In this document: positions 31,514 to 41,803 of the stretch, one piece after another
Position numbering within the stretch: the stretch's first letter is position 1
Layout of the letters: every line of letters begins with the position of its first letter
Source: Candidatus Bathyarchaeia archaeon
GTDB lineage: Archaea; Thermoproteota; Bathyarchaeia; Bathyarchaeales; Bathycorpusculaceae
NCBI GenBank assembly: GCA_037481775.1
Contig: JBBFKZ010000005.1
Coordinates: forward strand, 1-64,000
Length of the DNA: 64,000 nucleotides
Direction of reading: 5' to 3'
Translations under genes and position numbers: made by a program
The notes under the pieces: generated by a model
Seen by the model: the letters and a program-made list of their open reading frames with translations, nothing else
What the model was told of the DNA's origin: nothing
Databases searched by the model: none

Positions 31514-32650
31514 GTGAACGTATTGGCATTTCTGCCCGCTTTGACAGGTCAGTTAGGAGGGGCAGGAGACAGCATATCTCAAATTTTAAGCATACTATTC
31601 TATGTTATCTTCATAGTTTTCCTGTTTTATGGTCAAAGAATCCAAATGTACGTGATGATCCGCGAGGTTGAGGGGTCGCTCTACAAGCTGAAGTACATAA
31701 AAGATGAAGGGCGGAGAATCGCAATAGAAACAATAAAAGAGTTGGGCAAGCCTCAAACCGACCCATCCGCAAGAGTTGATCGCTATCTGGATTATTTCAC
31801 AATCGCACCGCAAAGCATGGATCCCGCTGGCATAGTTTACAAGCTTGACCACATCCTCGATGTGAGAGACACAAGGCTCAAGGATGAAGTAAAGCTGATG
31901 GCGCCTGCAAGCGACGAGGTGCAGGTAAACAATTTGGAGAACACGCTAGAGGCAGCGATGGCGCTTAACTACATCTACAAAGTTGTGCGCCACTATTATA
32001 TACAAGGAAAGAAAACGCTAAGCCTCTACATCATAATGCAGTTGCAGATGATACTGCCGCTGGTAATGAAGGAAGCCGAGGCATACGCCAGCGCATTGAA
32101 GGCCTTTGCATATGGGCAGCCCATAGGCGATGGCGTTGGCCCGCTGGTAGCTGCAAAGCTTATGCATGGCTATGAAACGCGTAAGGTGCCGAAAGACTGC
32201 GTCGTAGCCGAAGTGCCGTTAGAGGGTCGCACTGTGCTTGTCATGAAAGCTGAAGGGCCAGGCGGCAACGTGGGTAAGCCAGGCGACGCCATAAAAGCAG
32301 TTATTGAAGAAAACCATGGGAAAGTCGCGGCGGTTATAATGATTGATGCCGGTTTGAAGCTTGAAGGTGAAATGGTTGGTGAGGTCGCTGAAGGTGTAGG
32401 CGCCGCGATTGGCGGACCAGGTGTAGATCAGTACAAGATTGAAGAGGCCTTGGTGGATTATCATATTCCAATTTATGCTGTGATAGTTAAGGAGGATATC
32501 GGTGACGCGGTTTCGCCAATGCGTAAAGAAATTTCCGATTCAGTTGATAAGGTAATTGAACGTGTGAAAAGCGTTATTTTGGAAAGAACAAAGGAAGGGG
32601 ATAAAGTTATCATCTTCGGCGTTGGCAACACAATTGGCATTGGACAGTAG
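31514..32650 (+). CDS. DUF1512 family protein
   Basis: DPAGIV..L.HI, GQPIGDGVGP, KAEGPGG.VG.PG, IDAGLKLEGE, GVGNTIGI. Confidence 0.85.
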   Translation: MNVLAFLPALTGQLGGAGDSISQILSILFYVIFIVFLFYGQRIQMYVMIREVEGSLYKLKYIKDEGRRIAIETIKELGKPQTDPSARVDRYLDYFTIAPQSMDPAGIVYKLDHILDVRDTRLKDEVKLMAPASDEVQVNNLENTLEAAMALNYIYKVVRHYYIQGKKTLSLYIIMQLQMILPLVMKEAEAYASALKAFAYGQPIGDGVGPLVAAKLMHGYETRKVPKDCVVAEVPLEGRTVLVMKAEGPGGNVGKPGDAIKAVIEENHGKVAAVIMIDAGLKLEGEMVGEVAEGVGAAIGGPGVDQYKIEEALVDYHIPIYAVIVKEDIGDAVSPMRKEISDSVDKVIERVKSVILERTKEGDKVIIFGVGNTIGIGQ

Positions 32651-32665
32651 GAGGAAGAAGAAAAC

Positions 32666-33076
32666 ATGAGTGAAAATTCGTCTTCAGCAACCGCGAAGAT
32701 CTCAACGTATCTCACAATGATTGTGCTGATAGTTTTAGCATTATCCATAGTGGCGCTTTTATGGTCTGTTAACTTCTTTTTGTTAGGCAATGACGTTGCT
32801 GCTGGGTATCTTTTGATCATCGGTTTAATTGCCATGGGCGTGTCAGTTTACGTTATGGTTCAATCCCGAAAACGTATTGCAGACATGAAAATTGAGGCGC
32901 CAAAAGTTATGACGACAGTTGAGTGCAGAAAATGCGGATTCAAGAGTGTCAGAGAATTTCAGCGCGGCGACTTCGTGTTCAAGGAACTTGATCCCTGCCA
33001 GAAATGCAATGAAAAGATGCTTGTAACGGCCATATACAAGGAAGTTAGAGAAAAAGAGAAAACTTTTGCGCTTTAG
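32666..33076 (+). CDS. Membrane protein with C-terminal zinc ribbon
   Basis: Two TM helices, CRKC...CQKC, RxFxxGDFVFK; SD GGAGGA. Confidence 0.75.
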   Translation: MSENSSSATAKISTYLTMIVLIVLALSIVALLWSVNFFLLGNDVAAGYLLIIGLIAMGVSVYVMVQSRKRIADMKIEAPKVMTTVECRKCGFKSVREFQRGDFVFKELDPCQKCNEKMLVTAIYKEVREKEKTFAL

Positions 33077-33978
33077 GTTAAAACTTCGCAGCCTTTTTCC
33101 GTTATGAGCACCGTATGCTCAGCTTGAGCAACAGGTTTTCGGCTTGCTTCGACAAACACGGGATAGCCCATAAGCGACTTGGATTTGTATAGCTCATCGA
33201 AGGCTTCGTGGTACTGGTTTGCAGACACTATGTTTTGCAGCCAACGTTCAGCAAAAGGCAAGGTTCTGAAATTGTCTTCAATATACATGAGAAGCTGTTT
33301 TGCGTACGGGTTTTTCACGGATTTGGTTTTGACTAAACGGAAAATTGTGACCTCGGCGCCGTCTTCAACTCGGCCAGCCGCATCGGGAAGCGTAACGAAG
33401 GGTTCTATAGCGTACACTTCCCCAGCCTGAACTTTTGTGAATGAAATTTGTGCCACGTTCGGAATAGAGGTTCCAGCGTGGATTAGGTATCTACCCACCG
33501 AATGGCCAGTCAGGTTCGAGATGGGTTTGAAGCCGCGGTTTCTTATGGATTTCTCTATTATTTCCCCAATCTTTGAAGTGGGCATGCCCGCATGAATGCT
33601 GCTTATGGCCGCGTGTAATGCATGCTCCGCTGCTGCCTGCATATCTGCATATGCTGGGTCAAAGCAAACGGTGAAAGCAGTATCGGTTACGTAACCGTCC
33701 ACATGAACGCCCAAGTCAACCTTCACAATGGCTTTCTCGGGAATCCTTCGCTCATCGTTCGGCGGCGAAGTATAATGAGCAGCAACCTCGTTGATAGAAA
33801 CATTACAGGGGAAAGCGGGCTTGCCGCCTTTTTTGCGGATAAGCTCCTCGGCTTTTTCGCACACTTCAATTATAGGCATGCCCTCGCGAACGAAGCTACG
33901 GATTTCTTCCCTTGTTTCTCGGAGAATCTTGCCTGATAAACAAAACTTTTCTATGACTTCCTCATCGTAACGATCCAT
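33073..33978 (-). CDS. map: Methionine aminopeptidase type II
   Basis: AFPCNVSINEVAAHYT, KVDLGVHVDG, DTA, LTGHS, AIEPF, QAEHT. Confidence 0.96.
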   Translation of the reverse strand: MDRYDEEVIEKFCLSGKILRETREEIRSFVREGMPIIEVCEKAEELIRKKGGKPAFPCNVSINEVAAHYTSPPNDERRIPEKAIVKVDLGVHVDGYVTDTAFTVCFDPAYADMQAAAEHALHAAISSIHAGMPTSKIGEIIEKSIRNRGFKPISNLTGHSVGRYLIHAGTSIPNVAQISFTKVQAGEVYAIEPFVTLPDAAGRVEDGAEVTIFRLVKTKSVKNPYAKQLLMYIEDNFRTLPFAERWLQNIVSANQYHEAFDELYKSKSLMGYPVFVEASRKPVAQAEHTVLITEKGCEVLT

Positions 33979-34117
33979 TAATGCCTCACTTCAATATTAT
34001 GCAACATTTCGTTGCTAATGGATAATTTGTTTTGCAACTTAAGTGTTAGCATAGAAAATGGTTGGAAAACTACATGGGAACATTAAAAAAGGATTTAACT
34101 TGCTTTGCAATCGGCTG

Positions 34118-34669
34118 TTAAGGCGTGTAGAGCTTCGGGTCGAGAGTTGCGAAGACGTTTCCGCCCAAATGGTAGATCAGCCGCGCCTTGCTTATGTCGT
34201 ATTTGTCCGTGAAAACGCCTTTGTCTGCGTAGGCCTCCAAGACTTCGCCGACGAAGATTGTGTGGTCGCCAGTTTTAAATTGATTATATAGGCTGCATTC
34301 TAGATGAGCGATGCACTCTTTTATTATGGGGGCCTTCACTTTTCTGGCTGGTAGCGGCGTCAAGCCTGTCTCGCGGAATTTGTCGTGACCTCGGCCGCTG
34401 AGTTTACCGCATGCCAGCGTCTGCTTAACAATTTCTACCGTTGGAATGTTAATCACGAACTCCTTTGTTTCTTCAATGAGCGTATGCGAGTAGCGGCCAG
34501 GTGCTATGCTAACCGCAGCCAGCGGCGGATTCATCGAAGTCGGCATCACCCAAGCCAGGGGCAAAACATTAGGTTTCCCATGTTTCCCAACGCAGGAAAC
34601 GAGAACGGTGTGCATCGGATGAAGAAGCCGGTAAGCCGAGGAGAAGTCAACATTTACTTTCTCTGACAT
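34118..34669 (-). CDS. Flavin reductase-like FMN-binding protein
   Basis: PNVLPLAW, EFVINIP, P.I.EC, GDHTIFVGEV. Confidence 0.9.
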   Translation of the reverse strand: MSEKVNVDFSSAYRLLHPMHTVLVSCVGKHGKPNVLPLAWVMPTSMNPPLAAVSIAPGRYSHTLIEETKEFVINIPTVEIVKQTLACGKLSGRGHDKFRETGLTPLPARKVKAPIIKECIAHLECSLYNQFKTGDHTIFVGEVLEAYADKGVFTDKYDISKARLIYHLGGNVFATLDPKLYTP

Positions 34670-34679
34670 AAGCTTTCAC

Positions 34680-35825
34680 CTAACGTTTTATGTGGAATTT
34701 GTCTATTACATCTTTAGCTTTTTCTCTTTTTCTCCGGTGCTCCTCAAGGAACTTGTTGAGGCGCTCCGCTAAATCTTTTTTGCATTCGCCGCATAAGATT
34801 TCGCCTGCGCGGCATCGTCGTTCCCGCTCCATGAGCTTCGCGTCGTCTTCCTCGAATAAGTAAACGTAATACTGGAAAATCGAGCAGACCGTTGGGTCAG
34901 CGCCTGTTTTCCGCTGCTCCGCTGCGGTTGGTTTGCCGCCTGTGAAAGCATTCCAGATTTTCCGCTTAACCAGCTCCGGTGGATCCATGGTGAAAATGCT
35001 GGTTTCTGGTTCGGAGGCGCTCATTTTTCCGCCCGGGCCTAAGCCTGGTAGGAAGCGGCAGTGAATTTGCGCTGGCTTGTGGTAGCCCAGTTTCTGTGCT
35101 ATGTCGCGGGTAACCCGCCAGTACGGGTCCTGGTCGATGGCTGCTGGGATCAGCGCGGGCACGTTCTCGCCTGTTAACTTCTTGTGAATAAAGCAGGGTA
35201 CTGCTTGCAGAGCAGGCCAGAATATCCATCCGATGTTGGTGCTGTCTTGGAAGCCGAAGGTTGCTCTCGCAGTGGAGTAAGTGATGCGTTTTGCAACCTC
35301 CAGTGCAATATCGTAAAGTAAGTCAATGTCTTCGACATCGTAGATTATGAAGGTGTCCTCGGGTTTGAAGCCTAAAGCGATCAGGTCCAGCGCGTTCTCA
35401 TAGGCGTATCGTCTTGTTTCCGCAAGGTTTGCTTCGTCGTCTACGATGAATTTTTCGTCATCAGTCATCTGGAAATACAGTCGAGTGCCAAATTTTTCTT
35501 GCAGGTGCCGCGTGAAAATCCATGGCACCAGATGCCCGATATGCACGGGACCAGATGGGCCTCTGCCTGTGTATAGAACAAACTTCACGCCTTTTTCATA
35601 GAGCTCTAATACTGCATCCAAGTCGCGGTGCGAGAAGAAGATGCACCGCTGCAGCTGCAGATGCAGCTTGCCCGTGTGCCGTGTTACTTTTGCAAGAAGT
35701 TCTTCGGTTAATGGTTGCGTGCCGAATTCACGTATTAAGCGTTCATAGTCAACTTTTCCCTTGACTTCCCAAGGGGTAACAACCATCTCGTTCCCTGAAC
35801 CATTAGACGATGCCGTTGTAATCAC
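34680..35825 (-). CDS. trpS: Tryptophan--tRNA ligase
   Basis: VTPWEV, FSHRD, YTGRGPS, HIGH, IDQDPYW, KMSAS. Confidence 0.97.
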   Translation of the reverse strand: MITTASSNGSGNEMVVTPWEVKGKVDYERLIREFGTQPLTEELLAKVTRHTGKLHLQLQRCIFFSHRDLDAVLELYEKGVKFVLYTGRGPSGPVHIGHLVPWIFTRHLQEKFGTRLYFQMTDDEKFIVDDEANLAETRRYAYENALDLIALGFKPEDTFIIYDVEDIDLLYDIALEVAKRITYSTARATFGFQDSTNIGWIFWPALQAVPCFIHKKLTGENVPALIPAAIDQDPYWRVTRDIAQKLGYHKPAQIHCRFLPGLGPGGKMSASEPETSIFTMDPPELVKRKIWNAFTGGKPTAAEQRKTGADPTVCSIFQYYVYLFEEDDAKLMERERRCRAGEILCGECKKDLAERLNKFLEEHRRKREKAKDVIDKFHIKR

Positions 35826-36133
35826 CAGTTACTTTTGAAAAGAAAGGAAAGCTGGCGGTCATATATTCTTTTTTTCGCAAGCTAAGCGGCAGTCAACTTT
35901 TTTCCCAATCTGTTTACAAGCGAACCCGCGATTATGAAGGCGATAGCAAGCAAAGCGACGATAACCCTGTTTATGTACACGCCACTAAGGGTTTGGTAAA
36001 TTACTATGCGCTTAAGTCTCTTGGACGAGACAGAACGATTTACGTGGTGTCTATAGGGAACAACATGCTTTTATTAACGACGTTAGAACTACAATAGCAA
36101 AAACGCGTGTCGCGTTAACGAAGGCTCAAGAGT

Positions 36134-37660
36134 ATGGTTAACCTTAGGGCACACGAACTTAAAGTTCTTGCCGCAATAGCAAGGCTAGGCGGCAAAGCCT
36201 CAGTTGAGCAGTTAATCAGCGAAGCTGAATTGTCCGACGCTGCCATCATGCGTGCGGCATTAACGCTGCAGGAACAGGGTCTTGTCAGGATACATGCGGA
36301 GCCGCAGGTTATTGCCAGGCTCAGCGCGGAAGGCGGCCTGCATGCGGAAAACGGTCTGCCTGAAAGGCGCCTCATAAGAGCCCTGCTTAAGTTAGGCGGC
36401 GAAGCAAACTTGGATCGCGCGGCTGCTGAGGCAGGCTTGGATCAGCAGTTTAAGCAGATTGCGCTGGGCTGGGTTATAAAGAAGAATTGGGCTGTTTACG
36501 ATTCAAAAGCTAACATGCTGCGGATTGCCGCTAACCTTCAACAGGGTGAAGCGCCAGAAGGCGACGATGAAAAACTGCTGCTGCAATTATTGGGTAATAG
36601 TCAGGTTCCGCTTAACATGTTAAGCGCGCCGTTGCACGCTGCTGTGCAAATGCTGAAGAAGCGTAAACTGCTTGTGACTGAAGAGAAAACTCGCAGGGTC
36701 ATAGAAGTCACCGAGCTAGGTAAGCAAGCTGCAGTGGGGGCAACTGCTGCGCCAGAGGAAGTGACCCAGCTTACGCCGGAACTTGTTATTACGGGTAAAT
36801 GGCGCGGCGTAAAGCTACGAAAATATAACGTTGAAGCGCCCGTAGCTAAGACGTGGCCAGGCAAGAAGCATCCCTACCTCAGTTTCCTAGAAGAGGTACG
36901 CGCTAAATTAGTCACTTTAGGCTTCAAGGAAATGACGGGCACAAACGTTGAAACGTCCTTCTTCAATTTTGACGCCTTATACACGCCGCAAGACCATCCG
37001 GCCAGAGAAATCTTCGGCATATACTTTGTTAAAAACCCGGAGTATGGAGACATAAGCGCCTATGAAAAGGTAGTAGCAAACGTCAAAGCTACCCACGAGA
37101 ACGGCTGGCGGACTGGCTCAACAGGCTGGGGATACAAGTATTCAGTGCAGGAGGCGAAGCGTTTAATTCTCAGGGGCCACGGCACCTGCCTAAGCGCAAG
37201 AACACTGCTAAGCCCGAAATTGGAAATTCCAAGTAGATACTTTTCTATCGCGCGTTGTTATAGACCGGAAGTTGTGGATAAAACGCACCTTAGCGAGTTC
37301 AATCAGGTTGAAGGCATAGTCGTCGACGAGAAACTTACGCTGCGTGATCTGCTGGGTGTTCTAGCGAAGTTCGCGCTTGAAATCGCAGGCGCTGATAAGG
37401 TGCGCTTCAAGCCGGACTATTTCCCATTCACTGAGCCAAGCGTAGAGCTCAGCGCATACAAAGAGGGCTACGGCTGGATCGAGTTTGGTGGTTCAGGGAT
37501 TTTCAGGCCCGAAGTCACGTTGCCGTTAGGCGTGAAGGTGCCGGTTATTGCATGGGGCTTGGGTATTGACCGGCTGTTCATGATGCGCGCGGGTGTGGAT
37601 GACATCCGCTACATTTTCAGCCAGAACCTGGATTGGTTGAGGAGGAAAGAGGTGGCGTAG
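36134..37660 (+). CDS. pheS: Phenylalanine--tRNA ligase alpha subunit
   Basis: NFDALYTPQDHPARE, THLSEFNQVEG, YFPFTEPS, GSGIFRPE, AWGLGIDRL. Confidence 0.97.
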   Translation: MVNLRAHELKVLAAIARLGGKASVEQLISEAELSDAAIMRAALTLQEQGLVRIHAEPQVIARLSAEGGLHAENGLPERRLIRALLKLGGEANLDRAAAEAGLDQQFKQIALGWVIKKNWAVYDSKANMLRIAANLQQGEAPEGDDEKLLLQLLGNSQVPLNMLSAPLHAAVQMLKKRKLLVTEEKTRRVIEVTELGKQAAVGATAAPEEVTQLTPELVITGKWRGVKLRKYNVEAPVAKTWPGKKHPYLSFLEEVRAKLVTLGFKEMTGTNVETSFFNFDALYTPQDHPAREIFGIYFVKNPEYGDISAYEKVVANVKATHENGWRTGSTGWGYKYSVQEAKRLILRGHGTCLSARTLLSPKLEIPSRYFSIARCYRPEVVDKTHLSEFNQVEGIVVDEKLTLRDLLGVLAKFALEIAGADKVRFKPDYFPFTEPSVELSAYKEGYGWIEFGGSGIFRPEVTLPLGVKVPVIAWGLGIDRLFMMRAGVDDIRYIFSQNLDWLRRKEVA

Positions 37661-37661
37661 A

Positions 37662-39374
37662 ATGCCGACGATAGATGTGGATTGTGCAGAGTTAGAGCGG
37701 CTGCTTGGCTGGTCTTGGCAAGGAGACATTGAGAAGCTGGATGAGCTGTTGTCGCTTGTTAAAGCAGAAGTAAAACTCTATAACAAGCAGGAAAACGTTG
37801 CAAGCATCGAGTTGAAGGACACAAACCGCCCTGACCTATGGAGTGCTGAGGGGCTGGCGCGTGCGCTCCGCGGCTTCCTTAACCTTGAGAAGGGACCACG
37901 CCGCTACGAAGTTAACCCGCCGATAATGGAGGTGTACGTTGACGCGCAGCTCAGCGGTATACGCCCGTTCATCTGCTGCGCAGTAGTCAAAGGCGTGAAG
38001 CTATCAGACACCATCATCCGTGGACTCATGCACTTGCAGGACAAGCTGGACCAGACATACGGCAGGAGCAGACAAAAAACCTCCATCGGCCTTTATGATT
38101 ATACCCTGATTTCTCCGCCGCTGAGATATACCGTTGCAAAACCCGAGGCCATTCGGTTTGTCCCGCTTGGCTTTGAGGAAACGTTAAGCTTAGCGGAGAT
38201 TCTGGAGCGGCATCCGAAAGGCTTAGAGTATGGGCACATAGTCAAGAAGCACGGTGTTTATCCGATTCTGCTGGATTCAAAAGAGAAAGTGCTCTCGTTT
38301 CCGCCGATAATAAACTCGAATGATCTGGGCAAAGTTACAGAGGCAACACGCGACATACTCGTGGAAGTCACAGGCACAGTGCATCAAACTGTGCTTAACA
38401 CTCTGAATCTTGTGACGCTGGCACTTATCGACCGAGGAGGCAAGGCTTATGCTGCAGAAGTGCATTATCCCGAGGAAGCGCTTTATCCCTCCAAGCGGGT
38501 GGTGACACCTGACTTCAGTAGCAGACGAATGGAGTTAAGCGCTGACTACGCGAGGAAAATCCTTGGGTTCCAGCTTACCGCCGAGCAGATGGCGGAGCTG
38601 CTTTTGAAAGCGGGTTTGGGTGTGGAAAAAATTGGCGGAAACAACCTTTCAGTAATCGTTCCATGCTACCGTGTTGACGTAATGCACCCGGTGGATTTAG
38701 TGGAAGACGTTGCCATCGCCTACGGTTACGACAACATCGAGCCGCTCTGGCGGGAACTGCCCACAACCGGCTGCGAGAGACCGGAACAGCGTCTGCTCAA
38801 TATTGCACGTGAGCTTATGGTGGGCTTGGGCTTTCAGGAAATCTTGACCTACACGTTAACGAATCAGGAAAATCTGTTTGACCGTATGAACTGCGAGAGA
38901 GCCCGTGTTGTAGAAGTGGCTAACCCGAAGGTTGTGACTATGACGTGCTTGCGGAACTGGCTTTTGCCTGGCCTTATGGAGTTTCTCAGCAATAACCAGT
39001 CAGTAGAGTTTCCCCAGAAAATCTTTGAGCTAGGCAAGGTTACGCTGCTGGATGACACAAGAGAAACACGAACTCGAGACGAAGAGTGGCTTGCAGCGGC
39101 AACAACGCATCCAAACGCAGGCTTCAGCGAGATCAAATCTGCACTGAACGCATTCTTCATGAACTTAGGCGTTGAGTGGCAGATAAAAGAAACTGTGCAT
39201 TCAAGCTTCATTGAGGGCAGAGTTGGCACGGTAACAGTTAACGGCGTAAGTGTGGGCGTCATAGGTGAAATTCACCCGCTTGTATTGGAAGCATGGAAAC
39301 TAGAAAACCCTGTAGCAGCCTTTGAAATCAACATGAACAAAATAATTGAAGCCAAATCAGCTAAACGCGCATAG
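37662..39374 (+). CDS. pheT: Phenylalanine--tRNA ligase beta subunit
   Basis: MPTI, NRPDLWS, SFPPIINS, YRVDVMHPVDLVEDVAIAYGY, GEIHP. Confidence 0.97.
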   Translation: MPTIDVDCAELERLLGWSWQGDIEKLDELLSLVKAEVKLYNKQENVASIELKDTNRPDLWSAEGLARALRGFLNLEKGPRRYEVNPPIMEVYVDAQLSGIRPFICCAVVKGVKLSDTIIRGLMHLQDKLDQTYGRSRQKTSIGLYDYTLISPPLRYTVAKPEAIRFVPLGFEETLSLAEILERHPKGLEYGHIVKKHGVYPILLDSKEKVLSFPPIINSNDLGKVTEATRDILVEVTGTVHQTVLNTLNLVTLALIDRGGKAYAAEVHYPEEALYPSKRVVTPDFSSRRMELSADYARKILGFQLTAEQMAELLLKAGLGVEKIGGNNLSVIVPCYRVDVMHPVDLVEDVAIAYGYDNIEPLWRELPTTGCERPEQRLLNIARELMVGLGFQEILTYTLTNQENLFDRMNCERARVVEVANPKVVTMTCLRNWLLPGLMEFLSNNQSVEFPQKIFELGKVTLLDDTRETRTRDEEWLAAATTHPNAGFSEIKSALNAFFMNLGVEWQIKETVHSSFIEGRVGTVTVNGVSVGVIGEIHPLVLEAWKLENPVAAFEINMNKIIEAKSAKRA

Positions 39375-39527
39375 AACACAGAAAACTGGCAAGAAAGCGC
39401 AGGACAAGCACAATAAAAGATGACTTACCGCAACGCCTTCAGCAAAACGGGCGAAGTAGATTAAAGTCATCATGCGGAAGCAGATGCGCATTCTCTTTAG
39501 GATTATAATTGGCGCTTTTAGGTAGAC

Positions 39528-39580
39528 CCCCTCTATAGGTTTCTGCAATGAATTGCTAATATGCGCCAAATATGAAAGCG
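39528..39580. repeat. 53-bp dispersed intergenic repeat, copy B
   Basis: CCCCTCTATAGGTTTCTGCAATGAATTGCTAATATGCGCCAAATATGAAAGCG; same orientation as copy A. Confidence 0.9.
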
Positions 39581-39659
39581 TAGAAGATTAAGAGTGGGCT
39601 AAAAAATGGTTTGAGGCTTTTAAGTTTCTGGTGAAAGTTGGGCAGGTGGTTTCATGTTG

Positions 39660-40091
39660 CTATTGCTTTGAAGGAGGATGGCTGTTTATCTTCTGCAGTG
39701 CGCTTTCAAGCTCGTTAAGACTTTTTATTATCATGTCCGAGTGATATTTAATCCAGGGGCTTAAGCTCTCCATTTCTGAAACCACTATGACTTGCTTGCC
39801 TTTGCGTTTGGCGTAGAACAGTTCCATGCATGCGCCGGCGGAAAGCTTGGGTAAATATGTGATTACGATGTCGCTGCGGTCAATGTCGTCCAAGTCGCGT
39901 TGGATGAAGCCGTATGCTGGCACATTGTCCCACCAGCATTTCTCATCGCCTTTGTAGAGAACCTTCTCGCGGCGCCACGGATCAATAACGTCGAAGCCCA
40001 GTTTTGAACAGATTTTAGTGATGGCGTCTCTGTAGCCTTGTTCTGTTTCCATGCCCAGGATGGGGCCTGAGATGAAAACTGTTTTCTTCAT
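39660..40091 (-). CDS. Nucleoside 2-deoxyribosyltransferase-like protein
   Basis: VFISGPI, IDPW, RDLDDIDRSD, SAGACMEL. Confidence 0.8.
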   Translation of the reverse strand: MKKTVFISGPILGMETEQGYRDAITKICSKLGFDVIDPWRREKVLYKGDEKCWWDNVPAYGFIQRDLDDIDRSDIVITYLPKLSAGACMELFYAKRKGKQVIVVSEMESLSPWIKYHSDMIIKSLNELESALQKINSHPPSKQ

Positions 40092-40130
40092 AGCTGAAAC
40101 CGAGTTAAAAAGCGTTGAAGTCTTAATAAT

Positions 40131-40250
40131 CTATTGCTTGTTTACTTCAAGAAGCTCCAACATTTTTTCAGGCTTGTTAGTTGGCGGCATGCAAATTTGA
40201 TTACGACACACGTAGGCAGCGGCTTGCCTTCGATTTTCCTGTAACTTCCT
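40131..40250 (-). pseudogene. C-terminal remnant of a YyaL/SPATA20 (DUF255) thioredoxin-glycosidase protein
   Basis: Translates YRKIEGK/(frameshift)AAAYVCRNQICMPPTNKPEKMLELL*, the typical family C-terminus; no upstream body. Confidence 0.6.
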
Positions 40251-40375
40251 TTCTTAAGCGTCAGCGAAGGCTTTGCCACAATTTTCGTAGGCGCCAAGCA
40301 ATTGAATAATGCGCTGTTGTGCTTGAGGGCTTTTAGTCGTTATTTTTATAAGTGAAGTGGGCGAAGTAATTTTTC

Positions 40376-41161
40376 ATGCAAGCTGAAATCGGTATAATCG
40401 GCGGAACAGGCTTATACGACCCGAAACTGTTCACTAACATTAAGGAAGTAAGTGTGGACACGCCGTATGGTCCGCCCTCGGACGTCATCACGCTGGCAGA
40501 GCTGAACGGCCGCGGCGTAGCGTTTTTGCCTAGGCACGGAAAGAAGCACACGATAAGGCCGACGGACGTGAATTCACGCGCTAACATTTTTGCTTTGAAA
40601 AAACTCGGCGTCACGCGGATACTTGCGTCTTCAACCGTGGGCTCTCTACGGGAGGAATATCGCCCCGGCGACATCGTGTTCGTTGACCAGTTTATTGATA
40701 GAACCACAAGGCGTGAGCAGTCGTTTTACACGGAAAACCGTGTTTGCCACATATCCGTAGCTGAGCCCATGTGCCCCAAGGTAAGGCGTGTTCTCATCGG
40801 TATAGCCAAGGACGCTGGGTTCCGCATGCATGAGACTGGCACTTACGTCTGCATAGAAGGCCCGCGGTTCTCCACGAAAGCCGAGTCCAGAATGTACCGC
40901 GGCTGGGGCGCCGACGTTGTGGGCATGACGCTTGTGCCCGAGTGCGTTCTTGCACGCGAGGCCGAGCTGTGCTATGCTTCAATAGCGATGGTCACGGATT
41001 ACGACGTGTGGAAAGAGCATCCCGTATGCGTAGATGACATTGTCCAGACCATGCGTAGTAACATTGAAAAAGTGAAGCACATAATCGTTGAAGCTATCAA
41101 GCGCTTGCCGAAGGAGCGTAGCTGCGAATGCGGTAGCGCTTTGAAAAACGCGTTTGTTTAA
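40376..41161 (+). CDS. mtnP: S-methyl-5'-thioadenosine phosphorylase
   Basis: GIIGGTG, TPYG.PS, RHG, EGPRFSTKAES, GMT..PE, TDYD. Confidence 0.95.
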   Translation: MQAEIGIIGGTGLYDPKLFTNIKEVSVDTPYGPPSDVITLAELNGRGVAFLPRHGKKHTIRPTDVNSRANIFALKKLGVTRILASSTVGSLREEYRPGDIVFVDQFIDRTTRREQSFYTENRVCHISVAEPMCPKVRRVLIGIAKDAGFRMHETGTYVCIEGPRFSTKAESRMYRGWGADVVGMTLVPECVLAREAELCYASIAMVTDYDVWKEHPVCVDDIVQTMRSNIEKVKHIIVEAIKRLPKERSCECGSALKNAFV

Positions 41162-41181
41162 GCAGTTGAGGTGAGAAAAAG

Positions 41182-41718
41182 TTGGAGTGCAACTTGGATC
41201 TTAAGGCAAAAGTGCGGCGGATTCCAGAGTTTAAAGGCGTGGTTTTCTGGGACATCACCCCGCTCTTGAAAGACAAGCATTGCTTCAGAGAGTGCATCAA
41301 GAGGCTGGCCGCTTATTTTCGCGGTAAGGCGATAGATGTTGTGGCGTCAAACGAGGCAAGAGGCTTCATAATTGGCGCCGCATTGGCCTACGAACTCGGC
41401 GCGGGTTTTGTGCCGATAAGGAAGAAGGGCAAGTTGCCCTACAAATGCGTGGATCTCACTTACCAGAAGGAGTATGAGTGCGATACCATCGAAATGCATG
41501 AGGACGCCATTCAACGCGGACAGAAGGTGCTGCTTGTTGATGATTTGCTGGCGACGGGCGGTACTGTCAAGGCAAACATTGAATTGATTGAGAAGCTTGG
41601 CGGAGAAATCGTTGGCATCGGCTTCCTGATAGAACTCGGCTATCTCAACGGGCGAAAAATCATCGGAGACAAATACGATGTCCACTCCCTTATTCAGATC
41701 AGCACAACCAATGGTTAA
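41182..41718 (+). CDS. apt: Adenine phosphoribosyltransferase
   Basis: F.DITPLL, EARGFI, RKKGKLP, VDDLLATGGT; SD GAGGTGA. Confidence 0.93.
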   Translation: MECNLDLKAKVRRIPEFKGVVFWDITPLLKDKHCFRECIKRLAAYFRGKAIDVVASNEARGFIIGAALAYELGAGFVPIRKKGKLPYKCVDLTYQKEYECDTIEMHEDAIQRGQKVLLVDDLLATGGTVKANIELIEKLGGEIVGIGFLIELGYLNGRKIIGDKYDVHSLIQISTTNG

Positions 41719-41803
41719 CTAACCGTTTGCCTGTAAGCTTGCAGCGTGCCATTCATCTTTTTTAAATACTTAAACAGCGCATTCTTTTTTGAGAGGGAAC
41801 CAT

